The notes: a model not told the origin generated them from the letters alone. A stretch of DNA of 32,000 nt from Patescibacteria group bacterium (GCA_023480925.1 JAMCWY010000018.1:2295-34294); one strand, 5' to 3'. Positions 1-8,819 are shown, counted from the stretch's first letter. Program-made: numbers and translations.

Positions 1-22
1 GACTTTCATTATTTAATTATAA

Positions 23-931
23 CTATTTTTGGCAATTAGGGCAAAAGTGAGTGCTTCGGCCGCCGATCTTTTTTGTTTCAATTCGATGATGACAACGTTC
101 ACAGGTTTGGCCGGTTCGGCGATAAACTTTGGCGACTCGGCCAAAAGTTCCGATTTGACCTTCGATGTCGCGGTAAAACTGTTCCGAGGTGCCGCCGTGC
201 TTGAGCGAAAGTTTTAAAACTTTTTTAACGCACTTGGTCAAGCGCGCCGTCTCGATTGGTTTAATCGATCGGGTCAAGCGAAAAGGATTAATTTTGGCGC
301 AGAAAAGAGATTCGTCGGTGTAAATGTTACCCAGGCCGGCGATTTGAGCTTGATCAAGTAGGAGTTGTTTAATCCGTGGTCCTTTCGCCGTCGCGATAAT
401 TTTTTTTAATTCTTCAACCGAAATGTTGATCGCTTCGGGTCCGTAAGATTTTTTAATTTTTTCCATCTCGGTTTCATTGACAATTTTGAACCAGCCGAAT
501 TTTCTTAAATCGTTAAAATATAAATTTGCGCCTGCGGCAAAACTTAAAATGATTCGGGTATAACGATTAGGCAGTTGATCGAGATAATTGCGGCCGGGAT
601 GACCGCCGACGACCAAGCCCGACTGTTTATATTTATTCAAGCCTTTAAGATTAAGCAAGGTCGCCTTTTGATTTTTTCGTTCGTAGACAAGCTGGCCGGA
701 AAGTTTAAGATGGACGACAAGGAAAATTTTATCGTCAGCCTTTTTTTGATTAAATGAAAAAATTAATATTTTCGCTCGACGTTCAATTCCTTTTATTTTT
801 TTGCCGATGAGCGAATTCGCTCGGCCCTGAATTTGTTTCTTGCTCAAAATTTTAATCGCCTTGATTTTTTTGCCGATCAAAACTTTTTTCAAACCTTTTT
901 TGATTGTTTCAACTTCTGGCAGTTCGGGCAT
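23..931 (-). CDS. mutM: Formamidopyrimidine-DNA glycosylase (Fpg/MutM)
   Basis: 302-aa ORF with the N-terminal MPELPEVE catalytic motif and a C-terminal CxxC-x16-CxxC zinc finger (CERCHH...CPNCQ). Confidence 0.93.
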   Translation of the reverse strand: MPELPEVETIKKGLKKVLIGKKIKAIKILSKKQIQGRANSLIGKKIKGIERRAKILIFSFNQKKADDKIFLVVHLKLSGQLVYERKNQKATLLNLKGLNKYKQSGLVVGGHPGRNYLDQLPNRYTRIILSFAAGANLYFNDLRKFGWFKIVNETEMEKIKKSYGPEAINISVEELKKIIATAKGPRIKQLLLDQAQIAGLGNIYTDESLFCAKINPFRLTRSIKPIETARLTKCVKKVLKLSLKHGGTSEQFYRDIEGQIGTFGRVAKVYRRTGQTCERCHHRIETKKIGGRSTHFCPNCQK

Positions 932-998
932 TTTTTTAATGGATTAAGATTGACCAAAATTAAATTATAATAATTAAATCAACCAAGCAAAATTCAGA

Positions 999-1070
999 CG
1001 GAGCATAGTGTAATGGCAACATCCACGATTCGGGTTCGTGGGATTCTGGGTTCGAGTCCCAGTGCTCCGA
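999..1070 (+). tRNA. tRNA-Pro (anticodon CGG)
   Basis: Manual cloverleaf of 72 nt. Acceptor CGGAGCA/TGCTCCG with C1:G72 and A73, typical of bacterial tRNA-Pro. Anticodon arm CACGA-TTCGGGT-TCGTG with G37. T-arm CTGGG-TTCGAGT-CCCAG. No encoded CCA. Confidence 0.85.
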
Positions 1071-1209
1071 AAAATATTCAGCAAGCCTTTTTCGATCAAG
1101 AACAAGGCGAAATCTCTCGTTTTGAAGGGTGAGTACATAGCCTTGAAATTAATAAAAAATAGTCTATCATCTTAGTAGTCCAACTATTTAAGGAAAGAAG
1201 GTAATCAAA

Positions 1210-1560
1210 TTGGACGATGAAGATGATGATTGGATTAAAATATATCGGGTTGTAAGAATGCTTGGTTCTGGCCCGAGTCATTTTAAACGAGTTGGCGATG
1301 AAGAGGACGGGCGTCCTTTTGAACTTTCGTCCCAGAAACAGCCTTGGTTTAACTTTGGGTCAAGAACCGAGATCGAGATGAAAGCGGACAACGACGATGA
1401 GTATGATGATCTTATTAACTATTTCAACTTGATCGATAAAAAAATCGACCGGTTGAATAAGAAGATAAACGATCTTGCCGATTTCGTTGTTATTCACGCC
1501 TGTATTTCCATCTTTGCCTTTGTTCTCTTTATTGTCTTGTTCGTGATTTATTTTAAATAA
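1210..1560 (+). CDS. Hypothetical tail-anchored protein (acidic N-terminus, coiled segment, single C-terminal TM helix)
   Basis: 116-aa ORF with a TTG start at 1210 preceded by purine-rich AAGAAGG; an alternative ATG lies at 1258. It has D/E-rich stretches and a C-terminal hydrophobic helix (ISIFAFVLFIVLFVIYF), and is followed by a hairpin terminator. No family recognised. Confidence 0.45.
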   Translation: MDDEDDDWIKIYRVVRMLGSGPSHFKRVGDEEDGRPFELSSQKQPWFNFGSRTEIEMKADNDDEYDDLINYFNLIDKKIDRLNKKINDLADFVVIHACISIFAFVLFIVLFVIYFK

Positions 1561-1583
1561 ATTGCGTTCGAGACAGTTGTTAA

Positions 1584-1626
1584 ATAAGCCAACGTTATCT
1601 TAAAAACGGCTGGCTTATTTTTTATT
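1584..1626 (+). terminator. Rho-independent terminator downstream of the 1210..1560 ORF
   Basis: Inverted repeat ATAAGCCA (1584-1591) / TGGCTTAT (1611-1618) with additional inner CGTT/AACG pairing, followed directly by a T-run. Confidence 0.65.
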
Positions 1627-1701
1627 AACCATTTGGAAATATTTTTTACCGAGATTTTTATTAATTGTTTTTTTGGCGAAAATTTTTTGCGTCTAAAAAA
1701 T

Positions 1702-1727
1702 AAAAAAACCACTCAGGATTCGAGTGG
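1702..1727 (-). terminator. Rho-independent terminator of the sigma-factor gene
   Basis: Stem CCACTC (1709-1714) / GAGTGG (1722-1727). On the minus strand the hairpin is followed by T7 (the complement of A-run 1702-1708). It lies about 28 nt past the stop at 1755. Confidence 0.65.
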
Positions 1728-1754
1728 TTTAAAAAATACTTTTAGAGAATGATT

Positions 1755-2693
1755 TTATCCAAACAAAATATTCTCTTGGACTTTTTTGACTTGTTCTATG
1801 AAATTTTTTATTTCCTTGGCCGTGGCTAATCGGAGTTTCACGATTTTTGGTTTCGTCCGGACAACTTCGCTTAAGCTAATCTGATCGCCTTTGTAATTCG
1901 CGGCCGCTCGCGCTAAAGCGATTCCGCTATTGATAATTTGGCGAACTCGCTCGCGCGTGACGCCGAAACTTTCACCAATTTCTTCCATGGAATAACCTGA
2001 GACGCTCAACATCATCATCTCTTGTGCTTTTGGTGGTATGCACTTGAGTACTTGCTCAAGTTGTTCATTCTCAAACATGAGTCGTTCTCGCTCCAAGCAA
2101 ATTTCTTCAGGACCAGCTTCATTTGTCTTGACGAAATCGATCAGAGAAGCACTGTCGGTATTTTCGGAGTCAACTTTCCCGTCGAGAGAATAAACTGTTT
2201 GATGCGCGTATTTTCTGATGTTGATAATTAAGCTTTCGTCAATTTCAAGGAATGACGATAACTCTTGGACGTTCTTGGCCGGTTGACCGTATTTGGCGGC
2301 ATAAAGCCTTTCTGCCTTTTTAAAATAATCGATCATTGGCTGTATATAAGAAGGAATACGGAGAGGATGTTCGTACCTTTCCAGGTGTCTCTGGATAAAT
2401 CTGTATATCCAGCGATAGGCGTATGTGGAAAATTCCATGCCTTTTTTCGGGTCGTATTTTTCCACCGCTCGGATTAACCCAAATACTCCCTCTTGTCTTA
2501 GGTCTTCCGCCGCGTTGAGAGGGGAATGAGTTTGGAAAAAGCAGCGTTTAACGACGTGGTCAACTAGATGGACGTTGTGTTCAACCAACTGATTACGCAA
2601 GTTTTCGTCCTTGGGATTGGCCCAATAACCTTTCCATAAATTTCCTGGCTGGTTAAATTTAGCGTCCTGATTCGTTATCGCCAAAGCAATCAT
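1755..2693 (-). CDS. RNA polymerase sigma factor, sigma-70 (RpoD/SigA-like) family, short N-terminus
   Basis: Region 2 reads EDLRQEGVFGLIRAVEKYDPKKGMEFSTYAYRWIYRFIQRHL. A region 3.0-like segment reads LRIPSYIQPMIDY. The region 4.2 HTH reads SMEEIGESFGVTRERVRQII. About 50 aa extend past region 4. Confidence 0.85.
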   Translation of the reverse strand: MIALAITNQDAKFNQPGNLWKGYWANPKDENLRNQLVEHNVHLVDHVVKRCFFQTHSPLNAAEDLRQEGVFGLIRAVEKYDPKKGMEFSTYAYRWIYRFIQRHLERYEHPLRIPSYIQPMIDYFKKAERLYAAKYGQPAKNVQELSSFLEIDESLIINIRKYAHQTVYSLDGKVDSENTDSASLIDFVKTNEAGPEEICLERERLMFENEQLEQVLKCIPPKAQEMMMLSVSGYSMEEIGESFGVTRERVRQIINSGIALARAAANYKGDQISLSEVVRTKPKIVKLRLATAKEIKNFIEQVKKVQENILFG

Positions 2694-2930
2694 CTCCTTT
2701 CTAAAGCAAAATTGCTTTTTGTAAATAACTACTTTAATTTTAACACATAAAATTGATGTCTTTTTAGATTCAAAAGATTGATCGGCAATATTTTCGGCGA
2801 GTGAATTTTGTCAGTAACGGCTAGTAAAAACGAGGCGCTTTTTGACCAAATTAATCTTTCAAAATTTATATTCGATCAAAAATTATTTTTATTTTAGTTT
2901 GGTTCAATCCGAGCTATTTCGACCGTGAAG

Positions 2931-2959
2931 TTGACTTAGACTTAAATTTAGTTTAAAAT
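2931..2959 (+). promoter_or_regulatory. Candidate sigma-70 promoter for the arsR-led operon
   Basis: TTGACT (2931-2936), 17-nt spacer, TAAAAT (2954-2959). It is followed by the inverted repeat ACACTT (2960-2965) N12 AAGTGT (2978-2983) and a second AAGTGT at 2986-2991, a possible operator. Confidence 0.5.
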
Positions 2960-2996
2960 ACACTTGAATAGTTGCGTAAGTGTTTAAGTGTTAGTA

Positions 2997-3320
2997 ATGA
3001 TTAACCGAACCAAACTTAAAAAAATTAAAAAAAGTCTGCGCCGGTTTGAGAAAGAAGAGGCTGCGATTTTGTTTCGCGCTTTGGCCGATTCGAACCGATT
3101 TTTGATTTTAAATTTAGTTTATGAAAATACCGATCTTTGTTTGACTGACCTGGCCAAAATTTTAAACTTGTCTCTTTCGGCTGTTTCGCGTCAAGGTCGA
3201 ATCTTGACCTCGGTCGGATTGGTTGAAAAAAAACGTTTGGGCAAAACTATTTGCTACCGTTTTAAAAAGTCGGAACGAGTTAATCAAAAGTTGATTAAAT
3301 TATTCGGCGGGAAAAAATAA
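2997..3320 (+). CDS. ArsR/SmtB family transcriptional regulator
   Basis: Winged-HTH core FRALADSNRFLILNLV...DLCLTDLAKILNLSLSAVSRQGRILTSVGLVEKKRLGKTICYRF. The ATG at 2997 is in frame with the GTG at 2988. Confidence 0.85.
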   Translation: MINRTKLKKIKKSLRRFEKEEAAILFRALADSNRFLILNLVYENTDLCLTDLAKILNLSLSAVSRQGRILTSVGLVEKKRLGKTICYRFKKSERVNQKLIKLFGGKK

Positions 3321-3366
3321 AAAAGAATAAAAAAATTAAAAGTCGTTATTAACACTTTATTAAAAT

Positions 3367-3606
3367 ATGGCTAAGGTTATTATTTATACCACTCCGACTT
3401 GTTCTTTTTGCCATAAGGCGAAAGAATTTTTTGACAAGAATAATATTAAATACGAAGAAAAAGATGTGACGATTAATGATCAGACTTTGGCTGAAATGGT
3501 TAAAAAGTCCGGTCAGATGGGCGTGCCGGTTATTGATGTTGACGGTCAAATTGTCGTTGGTTTCGATCAGCCGGCCTTGGTTAATCTTTTAAAATCAAAG
3601 GCTTAA
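3367..3606 (+). CDS. Glutaredoxin-like protein (NrdH/YruB type)
   Basis: 79 aa with a CSFC active site in the context IYTTPTCSFCHKAKEFF, and GVPVIDVDGQIVVGFD typical of the glutaredoxin fold. Confidence 0.85.
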   Translation: MAKVIIYTTPTCSFCHKAKEFFDKNNIKYEEKDVTINDQTLAEMVKKSGQMGVPVIDVDGQIVVGFDQPALVNLLKSKA

Positions 3607-3609
3607 ACG

Positions 3610-4443
3610 ATGGACTTGCTTTTTGATATTGGCGGGACGAAAACGCGAATTGGTCTAGCCAAGAACAAAAAAATTGTCGGTCGGCCGACTGTCGTCGCGA
3701 CGACTTTGAATTTTAAAGACGCGATTAAAGAATTTAGTCAAATTAAAAATCAAATTATCGGCCGAACCGAAAAAGTCAGCCGCCTGGTCGTCGCCATCGC
3801 CGGAATTTTAAATAAACAAAAAGATATGTTGATTCGATCGCCGCATCTTCAGAACTGGCAAGGTCAACCATTAAAACGGGAACTGGAAAAAATATTTAAA
3901 GCCAAAACTTATCTCGAGAACGACGCCGCCTTGGCCGGTTTGGCCGAGGCGAGGGCAGGGAAGATCAAAAATAAAAAAAATATCGCTTATCTTAATTTTG
4001 GCACCGGTGTTGGCGGTGTTCGGATCGTCGATGGAAAAATTGATCGAGCTTCGGTCGGCTTCGAACCCGGTCATCAGTTTTTGATTTTTTCTTCAAAGTC
4101 GGGCAATCATTTTAATTTATTTGAGATTGAAGATTTTCTCGCCGGCTGGGCAATTGAGAAAAAATTCGGCCGGCGGTCAAAATTAATCCAATCGAAATCT
4201 TTTTGGTCTGATCTGACTAAGGTTCTGGCAGTTTTTGTTTACAATCTTGATTTAGTTTGGTCGGTTGACGCCGTCATTTTGGGCGGTTCGCTTGCAGAAA
4301 AAATCGATCTGGATAAATTAAAAAATCAACTGGTGAAAATTAACAAAATTTTGCCGCGTTTACCATTAATTAAAAAATCAAAGTTTGGAGATTTAAGCGG
4401 TCTCTACGGCGGCCTGGTTTATTTAAACCAGCTGAAGAAATGA
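3610..4443 (+). CDS. ROK-family sugar kinase (probable glucokinase)
   Basis: N-terminal DIGGTKTRIGL ATP-binding motif, ENDAALAGLAEA, LNFGTGVGGV. The start lies 3 nt after the grx stop. Confidence 0.7.
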   Translation: MDLLFDIGGTKTRIGLAKNKKIVGRPTVVATTLNFKDAIKEFSQIKNQIIGRTEKVSRLVVAIAGILNKQKDMLIRSPHLQNWQGQPLKRELEKIFKAKTYLENDAALAGLAEARAGKIKNKKNIAYLNFGTGVGGVRIVDGKIDRASVGFEPGHQFLIFSSKSGNHFNLFEIEDFLAGWAIEKKFGRRSKLIQSKSFWSDLTKVLAVFVYNLDLVWSVDAVILGGSLAEKIDLDKLKNQLVKINKILPRLPLIKKSKFGDLSGLYGGLVYLNQLKK

Positions 4444-5159
4444 AAATTATCAGCGTGGCCGATCGAACGGAAACAAAAAAGCGGGGAAGGGAATTCCTGG
4501 ATTTTTTTCTGGCCGATAATTCTAATTCGTCGGTTTTGCTTTTGCTTTCCGGCGGTTCGGCTTTTGACTTAATCGACGGTTTTAATTCGACTAAGCTCGG
4601 ACCTAATTTAACTATTTCTGTTTTAGACGAACGTTATGTTTTCGATTCGGATTTAAGTAACTTCGCTCAAATGGCCAAAACGGAATTTTATCGCTTAGCC
4701 TTGACCGCCGGCGCGAATTTTATTGACCCCCGGCCCAGACCAAACCAATCATTATCTCAGGCGGCCGTTTCTTTCGACCAAAGTTTGAAGCGATGGCGAA
4801 AGTTGAACCCAGCCGGTCGGGTTATTATTACTCAAGGAATTGGTTTTGACGGCCACACGGCCGGAATAATGCCTTTTCCTGAAAATAAAATTTTATTTAA
4901 ACACTTGTTCGAAGATCCGGCGATTTGGGCGGTTGGTTATGACGCGGCTGGCAAAAATGAGTTGCCTCTGAGATTAACGTGTTCGATCAGTTTTTTGGAA
5001 AACTTTGTTGATCAGAGCCTTGGTTATGTCTTGGGCGAAGAAAAAAGAGACATTTTTGAACGAGTCCAAGGCGGCGCCGGCGTTTTGGCTGATTTACCTG
5101 CTTTAGTTTTTAACCGGATGAAAAAAGTCGAAATTTTTACCGATCTTAATTTTGATTAA
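4440..5159 (+). CDS. pgl: 6-phosphogluconolactonase (NagB/Pgl superfamily)
   Basis: LLLSGGSAFD, VLDERYV and GIGFDGHTAGIMPFPEN motifs. ATGA start/stop overlap with the upstream kinase. Confidence 0.7.
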   Translation: MKIISVADRTETKKRGREFLDFFLADNSNSSVLLLLSGGSAFDLIDGFNSTKLGPNLTISVLDERYVFDSDLSNFAQMAKTEFYRLALTAGANFIDPRPRPNQSLSQAAVSFDQSLKRWRKLNPAGRVIITQGIGFDGHTAGIMPFPENKILFKHLFEDPAIWAVGYDAAGKNELPLRLTCSISFLENFVDQSLGYVLGEEKRDIFERVQGGAGVLADLPALVFNRMKKVEIFTDLNFD

Positions 5160-5190
5160 AATACTATAAAGAATAAACCGAGAAAAGAAG

Positions 5191-6492
5191 ATGACCAAAT
5201 TTGAAGACATAATTCATTTTAATTTCAACCAAACTGGTTTTGATCGAGTGACATTCGAACGAACAAGCGAACAAATCCAGCCATATCTAATCGGTCTGAA
5301 AAAAAAATTAACTCGGTTCGAATATGATTTTCCCGAGGCGTCAATTTTGCTACCGCGAGACGAACGAATTTTTAAAAATGTCAATGATTTAATTAGAACT
5401 TTCAATCAAGACGAAATTGCGGCGATTGTTCTTATTGGTATTGGTGGTTCGAACTTGGGCGTCGAGGCGGTCCAGTCCGCGCTCGTTTCTTCTAGTCAAG
5501 CTAAAAAAGAAATTTTATTTCTTGAAACGGTTGATCCAATTAATCTAAAGAAAGTTGTTGACCAAATTAAAAATTATCGCGATCAAAATAAAAAAATTAT
5601 TTTCGTTTGGGCGAGTAAGTCGGGTAAGACGAGCGAGACAATCGCCAATTACGGCGCTTTGGCCGATGCGCTTAAAGATTCTAATCAAAGTTTGTTCGAT
5701 TGGACAATTGTTATCACTGACGCCGGTTCGGATTTGGATCAGTACGCTTCCAGTCGCGGCATCAAAAAAATAAACTTGCCTAATCAAGTCGGCGGTCGTT
5801 ATTCGGTTTTCAGCCCAGTCGGTCTTTTGCCCTTGGGTTTGGCCGGTTTTGATTTAATTAGTTTTCTCAGGGGCGGTCAAAAGGCGCTCGAATTGGCCTT
5901 AAACGAAAACTTTGAGAGAAATCCGGCTTTGGCCGGAGCGGTTTCAACGTTTCTCAATTTTAAAAACGGTAAAAATATAATTAACTTATTTATTTTCAAT
6001 CCAAATTTAAACGGTTTGGGCCAGTGGCTGCGTCAGCTTATCGGCGAAAGTTTGGGCAAAGACAATCAAAAACTGACGCCGATTGTTTCAATTGGTACAA
6101 CCGATCTCCACTCGGTTGGCCAGCTTTATTTCGATGGCGGCAAAGACAAGTTCACTTTCTTTATTTCCAATCGAACTTGGCCAATTGATTTCCAGGTAAG
6201 CGATCGGTTCGGATTGAATAACCTGGCCGCCGGCGTCGAGAGAAAGAGTTTGGCTGAGTTGATGACGATTATTCTCAAGGCGGTTAAGTCGGTTTATCGA
6301 TCAAAAGGTTTGCCTTTCTTTGAATTGGAGTTGGAAAGAATCGATGAAGAGACGGTTGGCTTTTTATTTCAATTAAAAATGATCGAAGTAATGTTTTTAG
6401 CTCAATTAATAGGCGTCAACGCTTTTGATCAATCTGGCGTCGAGGTCTATAAAGACGAAGTCAGAAAAAATCTTGGCTTGGCCCAGGATTAA
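5191..6492 (+). CDS. pgi: Glucose-6-phosphate isomerase (short bacterial/archaeal type)
   Basis: IGIGGSNLGVEAV and GGRYSVFSPVGLLPLGLAG signature regions; 433 aa. Confidence 0.85.
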   Translation: MTKFEDIIHFNFNQTGFDRVTFERTSEQIQPYLIGLKKKLTRFEYDFPEASILLPRDERIFKNVNDLIRTFNQDEIAAIVLIGIGGSNLGVEAVQSALVSSSQAKKEILFLETVDPINLKKVVDQIKNYRDQNKKIIFVWASKSGKTSETIANYGALADALKDSNQSLFDWTIVITDAGSDLDQYASSRGIKKINLPNQVGGRYSVFSPVGLLPLGLAGFDLISFLRGGQKALELALNENFERNPALAGAVSTFLNFKNGKNIINLFIFNPNLNGLGQWLRQLIGESLGKDNQKLTPIVSIGTTDLHSVGQLYFDGGKDKFTFFISNRTWPIDFQVSDRFGLNNLAAGVERKSLAELMTIILKAVKSVYRSKGLPFFELELERIDEETVGFLFQLKMIEVMFLAQLIGVNAFDQSGVEVYKDEVRKNLGLAQD

Positions 6493-6506
6493 ATTTTAAT
6501 TTTAGG

Positions 6507-8819
6507 ATGATGGCGGTTGAAAAAAAATTTCCAACCATTTTAATTATTATTGGCGCGACGGGCAATTTAACCCGGCGCAAATTAATTCCGGCTTTGGCCA
6601 GTCTTGAAAAAAAAGGTCTGCTCGGTTCTCATTTTCAAATCATTGGCTTGAGCCGGCGTCGTTTCACGGCCGAGACGTATCGCCAATTTTTGAGAAAAAA
6701 CGTTGCCGGTTTAAGCCAAAATTTTCTAAATCGGTTTGAGTATGTCCAGGCTGATTTTGAAAATATCGGCGATTACTTTAAACTGGCCGGGCGAATTAAA
6801 ATAACTGATAAAAATTGGGCTTTGTGCGCCAATAAAATTTTTTATTTAGCCGTTTCGCCGACTTATACTGAAACGATTTTGCGGAAACTTCACCAGTCTG
6901 AATCAATCTATCCCTGTTCGCCTCAAACTGGTTTTGCCCGGGTCGCGATCGAAAAACCGTTCGGATCCGATTTGAAAACAGCGACAAGACTCGATCAACT
7001 TTTGGCCAAACTTTTTCGAGAGGAAGAGATTTATCGAGTTGATCATTACTTGGCCAAGGGAACCGTTCAAAATATAATCAACTTTCGTTTTGATAATGCT
7101 TTTTTTGAAAAAATTTGGAATCGCGATTTTATTAATATGATTAGAATCAAACTTTTCGAGCGAGAAGGTTTGGTTGGTCGAGGGCAATCTTATGATCAAC
7201 TTGGCGCCTTGATCGACGTCGGCCAAAATCATTTGCTCCAACTCCTAGCTTTAATCACGATGGCCAATCCGATTTCAACTCAAGCGGATTTTTTGCGGGA
7301 GAAGAAGGCGGAAATTTTGGAAAGTTTGCCGATTTATAATCTTGACCAAGCCAAAGCCTTAACTGTCCGAGGTCAGTACCGCGGTTATCGGCGTGAAAAA
7401 GGCGTGGCGGAAAAATCTGAAACCGAAACTTATTTTAAGATTGAAACTAATTTAAATTATCATAATCTTAGAGGCGTTCCGATTATTCTGGAGGCGGGCA
7501 AAAAAATGGTTGATGATTATGTCGGGATCGAAATTGACTTTAAGAAAAATCTTAACTGTCTTTGTTCGACTTCGTCTCGGTTTAACCAAATTATTTACCG
7601 GATTCAGCCCAATCAAGGCATCGAGATAAAATTTTTAGTCAAAACGCCGAACGAAAAAAATATTTTGAGCCAGGAAAAATTCGAATTCCATTACAAAAAC
7701 AACTTAGCCGAGGCTTACGAAAAAGTTTTATTTGACATTATTGGTGGCGATCGGACTGTTTTTGTTAGTACCAAAGAAATTATGTCAAGTTGGCGATTTA
7801 TTTCGCCAATCGCGGCCGCTTGGCGGAAAAATGCCGTGCCTTTAAAAATTTACGGCGGCGGTTTTAATGGTTTCGAGCTTGGACCGAGCAATAAAAACAC
7901 TCCAAACCAATTTTCGCCAAAATCCGATCACCGCCAGATTGGCATTATCGGTCTGGGCAAGATGGGCGGCAATTTGGCTTTAAGATTGAAACAAAAAGGT
8001 TGGCAAGTTTTTGGTTTAGATCGGTCGATTCAGCCGGAAAGTTTGGTCACGAAAAATATTCCTGTTTTCGATAACTTGGATAAGTTAATTGAAAAATTAA
8101 CTAAACCAAGATTGATTTTATTGATGTTGCCGGCCGACGTTGTTGCTGGCGTTATCGCCGATTTAACGACCAAATTCGAACGGGGCGATGTTGTTATCGA
8201 CGCCGGCAATTCTTTCTATGAAAATTCAATTAGGCATTTCAAAAATTTAAGGAAGAAGGGAATTAATTTTATCGATTTAGGCGTTTCCGGCGGTCCGGCC
8301 GGCGCTTTAACCGGCGCGGTTGTTTTGGTCGGGGGCGAGAAAAAAATCGCGCTTAAGTTTGAAAATCTTTACCGCGACTTGGCCCAACTTAACGGGTATG
8401 TCGTTATCGGTCAGCCCGGCGCTGGTCATTTTGTCAAAATGGTTCATAATGGCATCGAGTACGGAATGATGGAATCAATCGCCGAAGGTTTTAACTTATT
8501 CAGGCGAAGTCGCTATAAACTCGATTTGAAAAAAATCGCCAGTGTTTTTAACCATGGCAGCGTGATTGAATCGAAATTGATCGGTTGGTTGGAAGAAGGT
8601 TTGGCCGATTTTGGTCAAGAATTAAAAAAAGTTTCCGGCCGAGTTGATCAAACGGGCGAGGGCAAGTGGACGATTGAGACGGCGAAAAAAATGAAAGAAC
8701 CAGTTGAGGCGATTGCCGCGGCTTTTAAATTTAGGCTTAAGTCGGCGAAAAAACCAAGTTACGCCGGCAAAATTTTAACGATTTTGAGAGCGAAATTCGG
8801 CGGTCATAAACTTAATTAA
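6507..8819 (+). CDS. Fusion protein: glucose-6-phosphate 1-dehydrogenase (N-terminal, about aa 1-455) plus 6-phosphogluconate dehydrogenase, short decarboxylating form (C-terminal, about aa 479-770)
   Basis: Zwf motifs: GATGNLTRRKLIPAL, IEKPFGSDL, RVDHYLAKG. Gnd motifs: IGIIGLGKMGGNLALRL, GAGHFVKMVHNGIEYGMME. The frame is a single uninterrupted 770 aa. Confidence 0.85.
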   Translation: MMAVEKKFPTILIIIGATGNLTRRKLIPALASLEKKGLLGSHFQIIGLSRRRFTAETYRQFLRKNVAGLSQNFLNRFEYVQADFENIGDYFKLAGRIKITDKNWALCANKIFYLAVSPTYTETILRKLHQSESIYPCSPQTGFARVAIEKPFGSDLKTATRLDQLLAKLFREEEIYRVDHYLAKGTVQNIINFRFDNAFFEKIWNRDFINMIRIKLFEREGLVGRGQSYDQLGALIDVGQNHLLQLLALITMANPISTQADFLREKKAEILESLPIYNLDQAKALTVRGQYRGYRREKGVAEKSETETYFKIETNLNYHNLRGVPIILEAGKKMVDDYVGIEIDFKKNLNCLCSTSSRFNQIIYRIQPNQGIEIKFLVKTPNEKNILSQEKFEFHYKNNLAEAYEKVLFDIIGGDRTVFVSTKEIMSSWRFISPIAAAWRKNAVPLKIYGGGFNGFELGPSNKNTPNQFSPKSDHRQIGIIGLGKMGGNLALRLKQKGWQVFGLDRSIQPESLVTKNIPVFDNLDKLIEKLTKPRLILLMLPADVVAGVIADLTTKFERGDVVIDAGNSFYENSIRHFKNLRKKGINFIDLGVSGGPAGALTGAVVLVGGEKKIALKFENLYRDLAQLNGYVVIGQPGAGHFVKMVHNGIEYGMMESIAEGFNLFRRSRYKLDLKKIASVFNHGSVIESKLIGWLEEGLADFGQELKKVSGRVDQTGEGKWTIETAKKMKEPVEAIAAAFKFRLKSAKKPSYAGKILTILRAKFGGHKLN

